This document shows positions 49,223 to 57,578 of a stretch of DNA of 64,000 nt, piece by piece (within the stretch, counting starts at the first letter, position 1; every line of letters begins with the position of its first letter). The notes under the pieces are model-generated. The model worked only from the letters and a program-made list of their open reading frames with translations. It did no database searches and was not told the DNA's origin. Position numbers and translations under genes: made by a program. Source of the stretch: Candidatus Porifericomitales bacterium (GTDB taxonomy: Bacteria > Pseudomonadota > Gammaproteobacteria > CBDEFV01). Location of the stretch: positions 399,305-463,304 of the forward strand of contig CBDEFV010000007.1 in the NCBI GenBank assembly GCA_965237735.1, read 5' to 3'.

Positions 49223-51733
49223 TCATGTCCGCTCCCGCGCCAGCCGCTCCTGAGCTACAGCCTGATCCAGGGCTTCGGCCAGAGTCGCCCCCTTCCTGCG
49301 CAGCTCTTCGATGCCGGCGACCTCTTCGCTGCGGGTCGTGTAGAGCTTCTGGCTCCAGGGGTCGAGCAGCAGGCGGCCGAGGGCGCAGCCGTTGCTGCCG
49401 AGGATGCCGATCTCCGAGTACAGGCCCGGCACCGAACGGATGGTCTCCAGCAGCGGCAGCAGCTTTTCGGGGATGGGCGCCGAGTGCTTTCTGACGCACT
49501 CGCGCAACTGGCCGGGCGAGTGCTGCATCAGCAGCTTCCAGGCGCTGTTCGACAGGCAGGCCGTCACCGCCTCGCTGCGATAGTAGTCCTCGAGGCCCTG
49601 AGTGATGGTGCAGAAAGAGCCGCCGTACTTGCGGGCCGTGCGGTAGCCCGAGACGATGAACTCGCCGGAGCTGCCGCCGGCCAGCAGATCCCAGGCCTCG
49701 TCGATGACGCAGAGCTGCTGGCGCGAACCACGGCTGCCGAGGAACATCTCCTGCACGATCCGCAGAATCAGCAGGTTCGTCACCACCGACTTGAAGGCCT
49801 TGTCAAGCTGGGCGATGTCGCCGAGTTCGAGGACGACGAAATCGCGTCCCAGGTCGATCCCCGCCGGTCCGCGGAAGTAGGGGGCTACCGAACCCTCGCG
49901 GCCGAAGCGCCAGAGGGCGTCGGCGAGGTCGCGGCAGCGCGGGTCCGGGTGCAGCCGCAGGCGCTCGTAGACATGGCTGACTTCGGCCCCGCGGCCATGG
50001 TCGCGCCAGACCTCGTTCAGCGCCTGCTCGAGCCAGCCGCTCTCCTGGGGGCTGAGCGAGCCCTCGGGACGCGCCATCTGCTCGAACAGCAGCCGCACCA
50101 TGGCCTGCTCCGGGGCCCGGTCGCTGTCGAGGGCGTCCCAGTTGCGCACATGGCTGAAGGGGTTGAGGCTGACGGCCTGCTTCAGGTCGATGAAGGAGCC
50201 GCCGAGCAGGCGGCACAGGCGCTCGTAGGAGCGACCCTTGTCGAACACCCAGACGCGGCCGCCGCCGCGCAGCACGTTGAAGATCAGCTCCTGAATCAGT
50301 ACGCTCTTGCCGGCGCCGGAGACCGCTGCCACGGAAATGTTGTAGTTCGTTGAATCGCTGGCCCAGGGCGACCAGTGAAACAGCTGGCCGCGGCGGCCGG
50401 CGAACAGCATGAGCGGCTCGCGTGTGCCCTTCCACTCGCCGGCAAAGGGCGTGAAGTTGGCGGCCGTCTGATTGAGCATGGTCCGCGTTCTCCTGTAGCT
50501 TTCGGCGGTCGCCATGGAGGCCGGCGTCGCCCCTCCCGGCAGGGCGTGGAGCCAGGCATGAGGGGCGATGAAACGCTCGCGCGCCAAGCGCCAGCCGTTG
50601 GCGCCGTAGATGCCGTCGGCCCGCGATTCGGCGTCGTTGCCGGCCGTGGCCCTGTCGCTGTCGCCGATCCGCGTCGGCGCGAACAGCACCAGCTGATAGA
50701 CGCCGCGGACGAGGCGGCCGCCGCGCTTCAGCTCCTCGCTGACGCGGCGCCAGTCGGCGGCGCGCTCGCCCCAGAAAGGCACATAGCGGCCGACCGAACT
50801 GTGCATCCTCTCGGCGTAGAGGGCCTTGGTCTCGGACGAGTTCTGGGCGCCGAACGAGTCGGGGAAGGACAGCGACAGCGAGATCAGGAAGGGGCAGTCG
50901 TAGCGCAGGTTGTCGTCCTGCATGGAGCCGAGCAGCTCGGTGTTCTGCCAGCCCTCCCAATGGGTCGGCAGCAGGGCCGGCACAAAGGAGCGCAGATCGA
51001 CGACCATGGAGGCCGTGTGCAGGCCGAGGCCGTTGTATTTCACCGTCAGCCCGGTTTCGGCCCGCGGCAGGGCGTCGCGGAAGAGCCTCAGGGGATCGTG
51101 GCGGATTCGCTCCTGCTTGAAGGGGCGCGGGTTGATGAGGGTGTCGAGCAGGTCGGCGTGATCGTCCGCTCCCCAGACTCTGCCGGGTACGCCGGCGGCC
51201 TCGAAACGCTTGAGAATCTTTTCGCGCAGCTGCACCAGGCCCTCGTTTGTGCCCCTTGCCAGCGGCCGCTGGAGGATGCCGACGAGGCGAAAGTCGCGCA
51301 GGATCAGGGAGCCCTCCGACGACTGGCGCCAGAGCCTGCGACTGTAGAACTCTTCGCGGCGGCGCACCAGTCCCAGCGGATCCGGGCCGACCGAACTCCA
51401 CTTGCGCAGGATGGCGGCGATGTCGGGAGAGGCGTAAAGGCACCACTGCAGGCTGTCGCCCTCTTCGGGTTCGAGCAGCAGCGACGACAGGGCCTCGGCC
51501 AGGCGCTCATCCATGGCCAGGGGCGGCGCCAACTCGAAAATGAAGCCGCAGCTGGCGGCCGTGAAAAACAGATTCAGCCCGCTGTCCCATGCCTCCCATG
51601 GCAGCAGCGACGCCAGGCTGTGGCGCGGCAGCATGCGGCGCCAGTCGGCGGCGCTCGGCGGCAGCGACGACAGCAGTTGGGACGCCGGCATCTCGGCTCG
51701 GGCGCGGCCGAGTGCCCGCAGCAGCGACTTCAC
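49223..51733 (-). CDS. traC: Conjugative-transfer ATPase TraC/VirB4 (ICE PFGI-1 class)
   Basis: 836 aa. Walker A AVSGAGKSV; Walker B/DEAW region VIDEAWDLL. Typical VirB4/TraC length and position. Confidence 0.9.
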   Translation of the reverse strand: MKSLLRALGRARAEMPASQLLSSLPPSAADWRRMLPRHSLASLLPWEAWDSGLNLFFTAASCGFIFELAPPLAMDERLAEALSSLLLEPEEGDSLQWCLYASPDIAAILRKWSSVGPDPLGLVRRREEFYSRRLWRQSSEGSLILRDFRLVGILQRPLARGTNEGLVQLREKILKRFEAAGVPGRVWGADDHADLLDTLINPRPFKQERIRHDPLRLFRDALPRAETGLTVKYNGLGLHTASMVVDLRSFVPALLPTHWEGWQNTELLGSMQDDNLRYDCPFLISLSLSFPDSFGAQNSSETKALYAERMHSSVGRYVPFWGERAADWRRVSEELKRGGRLVRGVYQLVLFAPTRIGDSDRATAGNDAESRADGIYGANGWRLARERFIAPHAWLHALPGGATPASMATAESYRRTRTMLNQTAANFTPFAGEWKGTREPLMLFAGRRGQLFHWSPWASDSTNYNISVAAVSGAGKSVLIQELIFNVLRGGGRVWVFDKGRSYERLCRLLGGSFIDLKQAVSLNPFSHVRNWDALDSDRAPEQAMVRLLFEQMARPEGSLSPQESGWLEQALNEVWRDHGRGAEVSHVYERLRLHPDPRCRDLADALWRFGREGSVAPYFRGPAGIDLGRDFVVLELGDIAQLDKAFKSVVTNLLILRIVQEMFLGSRGSRQQLCVIDEAWDLLAGGSSGEFIVSGYRTARKYGGSFCTITQGLEDYYRSEAVTACLSNSAWKLLMQHSPGQLRECVRKHSAPIPEKLLPLLETIRSVPGLYSEIGILGSNGCALGRLLLDPWSQKLYTTRSEEVAGIEELRRKGATLAEALDQAVAQERLARERT

Positions 51734-52179
51734 GGCCGCACCCCCGGCCGCGGCACCAGATGGCCGGGGTCTATATACCAGTGGCCCCGGTCGAGCACGA
51801 TCTGAATATACTGCTCGCCGCGCAGGTCGCCGCTGCCGTCGACCCAGGAGTTGACCCAGATGCGCAGCCGTTCCGGCGACAGATAGCGCCCTTCGCCCGC
51901 CGCCTCGGCCGCCCGCTGAGGTCGCCGCGAGCTGCGGTCAACGGCCGCGGTCGCGCCCCCGGCCAGTCGGGTCGCGGCTGCCGCCGCCCCGGCCGAAAGG
52001 GAGCGGCGGCTTTCCGGTTCCTCGATGCGGCCGGCCGTCAACTGCAGGTACGACTGCTTGACGGTCGGGCACTCCTCGCTGTTCCGCCCGCGGCACTCGG
52101 GCTGAAAATGGCCGAGGCTGTAGCAGCCGGCCTGCAGCAGCGAGCAGGCGGCGATCAGGGGCAAGCGGAATCCTCTCAT
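51730..52179 (-). CDS. ICE T4SS lipoprotein (TraV-like position)
   Basis: MRGFRLPLIAACSLLQAGC (lipobox LQAGC), 149 aa. ATG overlaps the preceding stop. The N-terminus is duplicated twice further upstream. Confidence 0.55.
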   Translation of the reverse strand: MRGFRLPLIAACSLLQAGCYSLGHFQPECRGRNSEECPTVKQSYLQLTAGRIEEPESRRSLSAGAAAAATRLAGGATAAVDRSSRRPQRAAEAAGEGRYLSPERLRIWVNSWVDGSGDLRGEQYIQIVLDRGHWYIDPGHLVPRPGVRP

Positions 52180-52595
52180 GGGCTGTGCTCGGTGATGAGG
52201 TCCCTGCTGAGGGAGACATCTTCGCTGAACACCACATCGACGACGGCCCCGCCCGGCACCTCTATGACCGGATAGAGCTCGTCGGCGCGCTCCAGATACC
52301 ATTCGGCCAGGTTTTCGCCGGACGAGGCTGTAGCAGCCGGCCTGCAGCAGCGAGCAGGCAGTGATCAGGGGCAGACGGAGTCCTCTCATGGGCTGTGCTC
52401 GGTGATGAGGTCCCTGCTGAGGGAGACATCTTCGCTGAACACCACATCGACGACGGCCCCGCCCGGCACCTCTATGACCGGATAGAGCTCGTCGGCGCGC
52501 TCCAGATACCATTCGGCCAGGTTTTCGCCGGACGAGGCTGTAGCAGCCGGCCTGCAGCAGCGAGCAGGCGGCGATCAGGGGCAAGCGGAGTCCTC
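52180..52595. repeat. Two extra tandem copies (~199-bp period) of the traB-3'/lipoprotein-5' ATGA junction
   Basis: The unit tcctctcatgggctgtgctcggtgatgaggtccctgctgagggagacatcttcgctgaacaccacatcgacgacggccccgcccggcacctctatgaccggatagagctcgtcggcgcgctccagataccattcggccaggttttcgccggacgaggctgtagcagccggcctgcagcagcgagcaggc... starts at ~52171, ~52371 and ~52591. Confidence 0.85.
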
Positions 52596-53762
52596 TCATG
52601 GGCTGTGCTCGGTAATGAGGTCCCTGTTGAGGGAGATATCTTCGCTGAACACCACATCGACGATGGCCCCGCCCGGCACCTCTATGACCGGATAGAGCTC
52701 GTCGGCGCGCTCCAGATACCATTCGGCCAAGTTTTCGCCGGCCTTGCCGAGACCCTGGCCGAGGGCGTATTCGTAGACCTGGCTGTCTCCGATCGTCCGC
52801 AGGGAGCCGCTGGTGGAAACCAGTTGCGACGAGTTGCCGGCGGAAAAGGCGCTGCCGAGACCGCCGATGAGGCCGGCGCTGAAACTGTTGGCGAGTAAGG
52901 CTCCCTGGCGCGTGACGAGGCGGCCGAGAATGCCGGCCTTGCCGTCTTCGCCGACGACCCACCCCTTGGCGGCGACGCTGATGACGCCCCCGTGCCGCAG
53001 CAGGCAGGAGAGGCGTTCGAGGCGCATTTCGGCGCGTTCGCTCGAGGCGTTGCCCCAGGCGGCGGCGACAAGGCGGCAGGAGCGGACGCGGTGCGAGTAG
53101 TTGTTCGGCAGGCTCCCCTGGTCGTAGAGCTGCAGCAGCACCGGCAGCGGGTTGCTGCGGCCATTGGTGCCCGTGGGGGCATCGAGGCCGCTGAGCATGA
53201 CCGCCCGGGCAAAAGTGCCCGCCGGAATCAGCTGGCGGACGCTCTGGCCCCTGTCGTTGTCGGCGACCTTGAAGGAGACCTTCTGAATGGTGCGTTTGGC
53301 GCCGAGAAAGCTCGACAGCTCCCTCTTGCCTTCAAGGGCCTCGCCGACCGCCTCCCTGTCCTGCTGCTGGGCGTCCGCCCTGCCGGCTGCCTGGGCCAGG
53401 CCCCGTTGCAGGCGGCCGACCTCGGACTGGAGCTTGCGGTTCTCGGTCAGCAGCTGGCTGTGTTTGTCCCGCATGGAGCGGAGATCGCCCTTCAGCGACC
53501 GCTGCCCCTCCTCCATGGACATCAGGGCCGAGCCGATGTCTTCCAGCTGTCGCTCCCGCGCGGCGATCCAGTCCTCTTCCGGACTGATGATGTCGCGCGG
53601 CATGCGGAAGCTCTGCTCGGCGACCGGCGGCGGCTTCTGGCTGCGCTGCCTGTCGTAGATCCAGACGGCGGCAATCAACAGCAGCACCAGCAGGGCCAGG
53701 GCCGCGACCATGAGCCACTGTCGCCGGCGCGGGTCGATCCCCTGATAGAGATCAGCGCTCAT
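52596..53762 (-). CDS. TraB/VirB10-like T4SS protein
   Basis: 388 aa. N-terminal TM (WLMVAALALLVLLLIAAVWIY), coiled-coil, then a C-terminal VirB10-like beta domain (...GSLPNNYSHRV...GALLANSFSAGLIGGLGSAF...IEVPGGAIVDVVFSED). Confidence 0.7.
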   Translation of the reverse strand: MSADLYQGIDPRRRQWLMVAALALLVLLLIAAVWIYDRQRSQKPPPVAEQSFRMPRDIISPEEDWIAARERQLEDIGSALMSMEEGQRSLKGDLRSMRDKHSQLLTENRKLQSEVGRLQRGLAQAAGRADAQQQDREAVGEALEGKRELSSFLGAKRTIQKVSFKVADNDRGQSVRQLIPAGTFARAVMLSGLDAPTGTNGRSNPLPVLLQLYDQGSLPNNYSHRVRSCRLVAAAWGNASSERAEMRLERLSCLLRHGGVISVAAKGWVVGEDGKAGILGRLVTRQGALLANSFSAGLIGGLGSAFSAGNSSQLVSTSGSLRTIGDSQVYEYALGQGLGKAGENLAEWYLERADELYPVIEVPGGAIVDVVFSEDISLNRDLITEHSP

Positions 53763-54508
53763 CGCCGGGGACTGAGGACGTAGAGGTGGGTGCGCTGGCC
53801 GCGCTCAAGCCGCCAGCGGTGGGCGGCGATGGCCGCGATCGGGGCGCCGCTGCTGCGCGCCAGGGCGCGCCTGAGGGCGCGGGGTTTGATCTGCCCCGGG
53901 CCGCCGCCGACGATCTCGGCCTGCCAGAGGCTGGAGCGGAAAAGAGAGCTGCTCGAGGACTCGAGGCGCCGCAACCCGACGGCCCCGACCCTGAGGTCGT
54001 AGTCGCCGCGGGCAGGGCTCGGCAGGACGCTTCTCGCTTCGCCGACCAGCTGCCGCACGACCGATTTAATCGAGGCGATGTGCATTTCATCCGCCGAACC
54101 CGGGTTGGAGCGCAGCTCTCCGAGCCATGAATCGTGGCTCTCCACCTCGGGGCGCAGCAGCAGGGTGCGGCCGCTCCCCGTGACCGGCGTCACCTCGAGC
54201 GAGTAGACATTGCCGTCGCCGTCCTGCAGGTACAGCGAAAAAGGCCGCTCCCTGTCAACCGTCAGCAACAGCTGGCCGAGGCTTTCACTTTTTTCGAGGG
54301 TGACGGCATCGTCCGCCGCCCAGGCCCCGGCGAGAACGGCCTCGCCGACAAAGCCGATGCGGTTGATGTCCTCGACCGACAGCGACACCGGCAGCGGGCG
54401 CTCGGGAGATACCGACCGCAGTGCCGGGGAGGCTTCGGCTGCTGTGGCCCCGAGCCAGATGCAGGCCGCGGCGCTCAGCGCCACAGCCATGGTCCGCTGC
54501 GCCCTCAC
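53759..54508 (-). CDS. VirB9/TraK-like T4SS outer-membrane/periplasmic protein
   Basis: 249 aa with signal peptide. Position between the VirB8-like and VirB10-like genes. Weak beta-rich sequence similarity only. Confidence 0.5.
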   Translation of the reverse strand: MRAQRTMAVALSAAACIWLGATAAEASPALRSVSPERPLPVSLSVEDINRIGFVGEAVLAGAWAADDAVTLEKSESLGQLLLTVDRERPFSLYLQDGDGNVYSLEVTPVTGSGRTLLLRPEVESHDSWLGELRSNPGSADEMHIASIKSVVRQLVGEARSVLPSPARGDYDLRVGAVGLRRLESSSSSLFRSSLWQAEIVGGGPGQIKPRALRRALARSSGAPIAAIAAHRWRLERGQRTHLYVLSPRR

Positions 54509-55059
54509 GCCTTCTCCTGATCGACCGAGCGCACCCGGATGAGGCCGTCCTGGCGGAAAGAGAACAGAAACCTCACCGACCAGGGGCCGCTGTAGCTGAT
54601 GTTGTTGCCCTGCCAGCGCGTCAGCTGACCGAGGATTTCGACGCTTCTGTCCTCGACTCTGATGTCGCTGACATGAAAGACGCTGCTCTCACCGAAGCGT
54701 TTGACTTCGCGATAATCGCTGTCGAAGCGTTTGCGCAGCTGGGCGCGCGCCTCGCCGTCGACATAGCGCAGAAAATTCAGGGCCCGGGCGCGGTAGGTCT
54801 CGGGGGTGTAGGTCAACAGTTGGGCCGCCAGCCAGGAGGAGAGCTGCTGGTAGTACTCGACGCTGTACTCTCCGCCGGTCAGGGTGAAGGGGCGATCGAT
54901 GCGCGGCGGCAGGAGCACGACGCGGCTGTCGGCGAACCGCTGCACCAGCGACCAGGTGAGAAAGGCATTGACGAGGAGCGACAGCAGCAGACAGATGGCG
55001 AAGCCGCGGCGGGCGACGCCGATTTCGATCAGCCGCGAGCGGTAGATTCTCGCGTCCAT
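54505..55059 (-). CDS. TraE/VirB8-like bitopic T4SS protein
   Basis: ATG at 55059 overlaps the upstream stop. Single N-terminal TM (FAICLLLSLLVNAFLTWSL) followed by a periplasmic domain. Confidence 0.5.
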   Translation of the reverse strand: MDARIYRSRLIEIGVARRGFAICLLLSLLVNAFLTWSLVQRFADSRVVLLPPRIDRPFTLTGGEYSVEYYQQLSSWLAAQLLTYTPETYRARALNFLRYVDGEARAQLRKRFDSDYREVKRFGESSVFHVSDIRVEDRSVEILGQLTRWQGNNISYSGPWSVRFLFSFRQDGLIRVRSVDQEKA

Positions 55060-55334
55060 CAGCCGCACCACTCCCTGACATAGAGCGGCGGGTCGCTCTT
55101 CAGCGGCAGCGACCAATAGGCCAGCTGCACGAGAAGGCCCATGCCGCCGAGGCTTCCCCGCAACCGCGCATAGAACCAGGCGACGATCACGCCGATCAGG
55201 GTGAAGCTGAACAGCATCTCAAACACCAGCCCGAGGATGAAGAAAAAGCAGCAGACGGCCGCGGTGTCGGCGGTGAAGATGAGAAACAGCGGCGGCGCAT
55301 CCAGCGTCTGGGGCACGGCGGCCTGAACGCGCAT
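55059..55334 (-). CDS. Small two-TM T4SS membrane protein (TraL/VirB3-like position)
   Basis: 91 aa, very hydrophobic (LFLIFTADTAAVCCFFFILGLVFEMLFSFTLIGVIVAWFY). Confidence 0.45.
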   Translation of the reverse strand: MRVQAAVPQTLDAPPLFLIFTADTAAVCCFFFILGLVFEMLFSFTLIGVIVAWFYARLRGSLGGMGLLVQLAYWSLPLKSDPPLYVREWCG

Positions 55335-55370
55335 GAGGGCGCTCCTCCCGGGGCCGGCGGACAGCGGGCC

Positions 55371-55826
55371 TCAGCCAGCCGTCAGATGGACGAGGTCGAG
55401 CAGATCGAGGGTCGCGCTGAACGCCGGCGAGTTGACGATCTGATCGGTGAAATAGAGACCGCCGCCGCCGGCAACTCCCATGAAACCGTAGAGAAACTTG
55501 CCGAGCATCATGAAAACGAGGCCGGCCAGGCCGCAAAGGGCGATGCCGACGCGGGCCAGGGGGCCGAAGACATTGGCGTCGACTTCGCTCTGCAGGCCTT
55601 CGAAAATGGCGACGTCGCCGCCGGTGGCGGCCCCGGCTGTGAAACTCAGGGCGAAGAGCAGAATCAGGGCAACGGCCTGGACCCCTGTTGAAGAGCGAAA
55701 CGACAAGGGAGCCGGGGCGGCGGCGGGCCTGGCTGGCGGCGCCGCCGCCGCAGCCGGGGGCAGGGACCCCGGGGCGGGTACGGGGGCCTGTCCGGCCCGA
55801 CTGAGAGGCGGAGTGGGGAAATGCAT
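55371..55826 (-). CDS. Putative T4SS pilin-like protein
   Basis: 151 aa. Pro/Ala-rich leader, then two hydrophobic helices (VALILLFALSFTAGAATGG...GIALCGLAGLVFMMLGKFLYGFMGVAGGGG), as in ICE-type pilin subunits. Confidence 0.45.
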   Translation of the reverse strand: MHFPTPPLSRAGQAPVPAPGSLPPAAAAAPPARPAAAPAPLSFRSSTGVQAVALILLFALSFTAGAATGGDVAIFEGLQSEVDANVFGPLARVGIALCGLAGLVFMMLGKFLYGFMGVAGGGGLYFTDQIVNSPAFSATLDLLDLVHLTAG

Positions 55827-55957
55827 AGTCGATAACCTCTGTGATTAATTGGCAATTAGGGCTTGGCCCCGGGGACAGGATGCGTATGGGAGGGGGGCGG
55901 CCGAAGCCACCTCCCCTCCGGAGAATGCGAAATGCCTTCTCGGGCGTTGTCGACTGT

Positions 55958-56139
55958 TTAGTTCCACTTATTGGAACGCAGTCGGCGACCGACCTCGGTA
56001 AGCACTTCAGCACCGTACCCGGCAATTTGCGACATCAAGACGCGTTTTGCCGGGCTGATACGCCGCACACGCGCAGAGAAATCGAACTTGTCGAGGATTC
56101 TCGGTACGACGATGGACAAAAGTCTGGTCCACATGGTGA
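55958..56139 (-). CDS. Small ORF (60 aa) with strong RBS in a lower-GC intergenic patch
   Basis: AGGAGG lies 9 nt upstream of ATG. Product is MWTRLLSIVVPRILDKFDFSARVRRISPAKRVLMSQIAGYGAEVLTEVGRRLRSNKWN. Local GC is lower than the surroundings. Confidence 0.3.
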
Positions 56140-56340
56140 AAGACCTCCTGAAGTTGAGGAACTTCCGTCTCCACAGGGAAACTCGAGCTCCGTGAGTGAA
56201 TAGATGACCCCTGAAGGCCATCCGGCTGACAGACGCCAGAGGCGTCCTGATCGCGAGAAGCGATATTTCGTCAAGGGCCCCGCCAGCTCGACAGGACGGC
56301 GTGGGCGAAGCCGAGAGAGGTGGAAAGGCGGAAATCCACC

Positions 56341-57012
56341 TCAGATCCTCTGGCCGAGGTAGCGGCTCACGCCCTCGCACTTTTCCACCTGGGTCCCCTG
56401 CCCGCCGGCCCTGGTGTTGAATTCGAGCGGCAGGGCAAAGATCGTCAACAGGGAGGCGCGCAGGTTCTGCCGCGCCCGGTTGCCTTTTTCGCGGTCGATG
56501 CGGCCGACCCAGGTGACCGGCAGGATCATGCCGCAGGCGTCGTCGGTGGCGCGGGTCACCCGCACCAGATCCTCGGCGGCTACCGCCGCAATCGGAAAAA
56601 AGCTCAGCTTCACCAACCTCGGAGACCGGGTCTTCCTGAGGCGCACCTCGCCGACGAAGTTCTCTTCCAGGGCCTCGCCCCAGGAATCGGCCAGGGCCAG
56701 TTGCTGATCGACGAGCTTTTCATAGCGCAGCAGCAGATTGAAGGCTTGGATGTCCCCCCGTTCCGCCGCCGCCAGGACGGTGGCAATCTTCGTCAGGCAC
56801 CAGTCGGCTCCGATGAGAAAATCCCGTCCCTCGCCGCGCCGACTCGCCATGGTCGTGAAAATGTCGCGGGTGTGAACTTCAAATTCGACATCGATCTGCC
56901 TGCTCCAGTCACTGTTTTTCGGCGGGCTCTCTGCGGCCGCCAGGGGGGCCGGGTGAGGCGACGGGGACGCCTGATCGAGGGCGGCGGCAGTCGAGGGAAG
57001 CAGATTGGACAC
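56341..57012 (-). CDS. ICE T4SS-associated protein of unknown function
   Basis: GTG start 12 nt after the upstream gene, with RBS aggaggtacc. Product is ...MASRRGEGRDFLIGADWCLTKIATVLAAAERGDIQAFNLLLRYEKLVDQQ... The longer track ORF (to 57453) is artefactual. Confidence 0.45.
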   Translation of the reverse strand: MSNLLPSTAAALDQASPSPHPAPLAAAESPPKNSDWSRQIDVEFEVHTRDIFTTMASRRGEGRDFLIGADWCLTKIATVLAAAERGDIQAFNLLLRYEKLVDQQLALADSWGEALEENFVGEVRLRKTRSPRLVKLSFFPIAAVAAEDLVRVTRATDDACGMILPVTWVGRIDREKGNRARQNLRASLLTIFALPLEFNTRAGGQGTQVEKCEGVSRYLGQRI

Positions 57013-57023
57013 GGGGGTACCTC

Positions 57024-57578
57024 CTAAAGTTTTTGCTTGAAAGTGGCTGTCCACTGGCGAACGGAAAACGCCAGCAACAGGGCGGCGGACAGGACCGCCG
57101 TCGAGCTCCAGATCACGGGCGCGAACAGCCACAGCCCGGCAGCGGCGACGGCGGCAAAGCGCAGCATGAATTGGAAAAATCCGTGAACCGAACTCGAATC
57201 TCTCCTCTGGTCGCGGCGGAAGGCCCGCGCACAGCGGCCATCGATGAGGGCAATGGCAAAGAGCAGGCCGATCACCGGCATGGACAGCAGCAACTCGATT
57301 CGCAGCAGGCACAGAATCAGGAATCCCCTGAAAACCGCGCTCAGCACTTCGGCCACGGGAATCAGGACCGGGGCGACGAGGGCGTTTCTCAAGTCGGAGC
57401 CGAGCCACAGGGGCCAGGACCAGAGGCCGGCAAAGCGGGCGCCGCTGCTCCAACCCAGAAACAGCAGGCGCTCATAGTACCCCGGGCGCGTGAACTCGAG
57501 CGTGAAGGCGAGCATCAGGGACAGCCCCGCCATGAGCAGGAACAGGCGGGGGCAGAAACCGCTGTCAGGCGTGGGCAT
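57024..57578 (-). CDS. Integral membrane protein of ICE T4SS cluster
   Basis: 184 aa with 4-5 predicted TM helices, immediately downstream of traD. Confidence 0.5.
   Translation of the reverse strand: MPTPDSGFCPRLFLLMAGLSLMLAFTLEFTRPGYYERLLFLGWSSGARFAGLWSWPLWLGSDLRNALVAPVLIPVAEVLSAVFRGFLILCLLRIELLLSMPVIGLLFAIALIDGRCARAFRRDQRRDSSSVHGFFQFMLRFAAVAAAGLWLFAPVIWSSTAVLSAALLLAFSVRQWTATFKQKL

Noticed and set aside
56341-57453. 370-aa ORF upstream extension of the 56341-57012 gene, and similar long N-terminal extensions of the traH (to 42734), TraF-like (to 43245) and metY (to 33046) ORFs
   Set aside because: The extensions run through neighbouring genes or junction repeats in other frames, and lack RBSs. 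Internal GTG/ATG starts with an RBS or stop-start overlap fit the operon structure.
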